Below, in pieces: positions 63,280-63,450 of a stretch of DNA of 63,450 nucleotides. The notes under the pieces are model-generated. The model made no database searches and had not been told where the DNA came from. It saw only the letters and a program-made list of their open reading frames with translations. The translations under genes were made by a program, and so were the position numbers. Source of the DNA: Octopus bimaculoides (taxonomy: Eukaryota); assembly GCF_001194135.2 (NCBI RefSeq), contig NC_068982.1, positions 144,761,239-144,824,688 on the forward strand. The letters run 5' to 3'. Each line of letters opens with the position of its first letter. Position 1 is the first letter of the stretch.

Positions 63280-63450
63280 TTTCTTTTTACTTGTTTCAGT
63301 CACTTGACTGACTGCAGCCATACTGGAGCACCATCTTTAGTCGAACAAATCCACTCACAAGGCTTTGGTCAGCCTGAGGCTATAGTAAAAGACACTTGCC
63401 CACGGTGCCACGCAGTGGGACTGAGCCCGGAACCAAGAAGCTGGGAAGCA
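63280..63450 (-). mobile_element. SINE family A with internal deletion
   Basis: Tail joined directly to head at aacaaat|ccactcacaagg. Confidence 0.85.

Overview
Repeat-saturated, AT-rich animal genomic DNA from a gapped draft assembly with many N runs beside (TA)n/(CA)n tracts. The SINE/LINE families and microsatellite load are most consistent with an Octopus genome (inference, not database-confirmed). Most track ORFs are microsatellite or N-run artefacts. Supported content: three tRNA-headed SINE families (called A, B, D here), RTE-type LINE 3' ends, a Dong/R4 LINE tail, Tc1, mariner, pogo-like and hAT remnants, a solo LTR and many foldback/MITE elements. Less certain content: a phase-consistent chain of short exons on the minus strand (1.4-14.9 kb, product not recognised) and a possible divergent promoter near 32.1-32.8 kb. 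The strongest unexplained signal is two unrelated short repeat families that each carry a minimal type I hammerhead ribozyme with a palindromic helix III, the Penelope-like/retrozyme signature. One is an inverted pair at 12.8-13.5 kb implying a ~340-nt monomer. The other is a ~190-bp element in three copies (10.6, 14.1, 55.1 kb) inserted at (TA)n.
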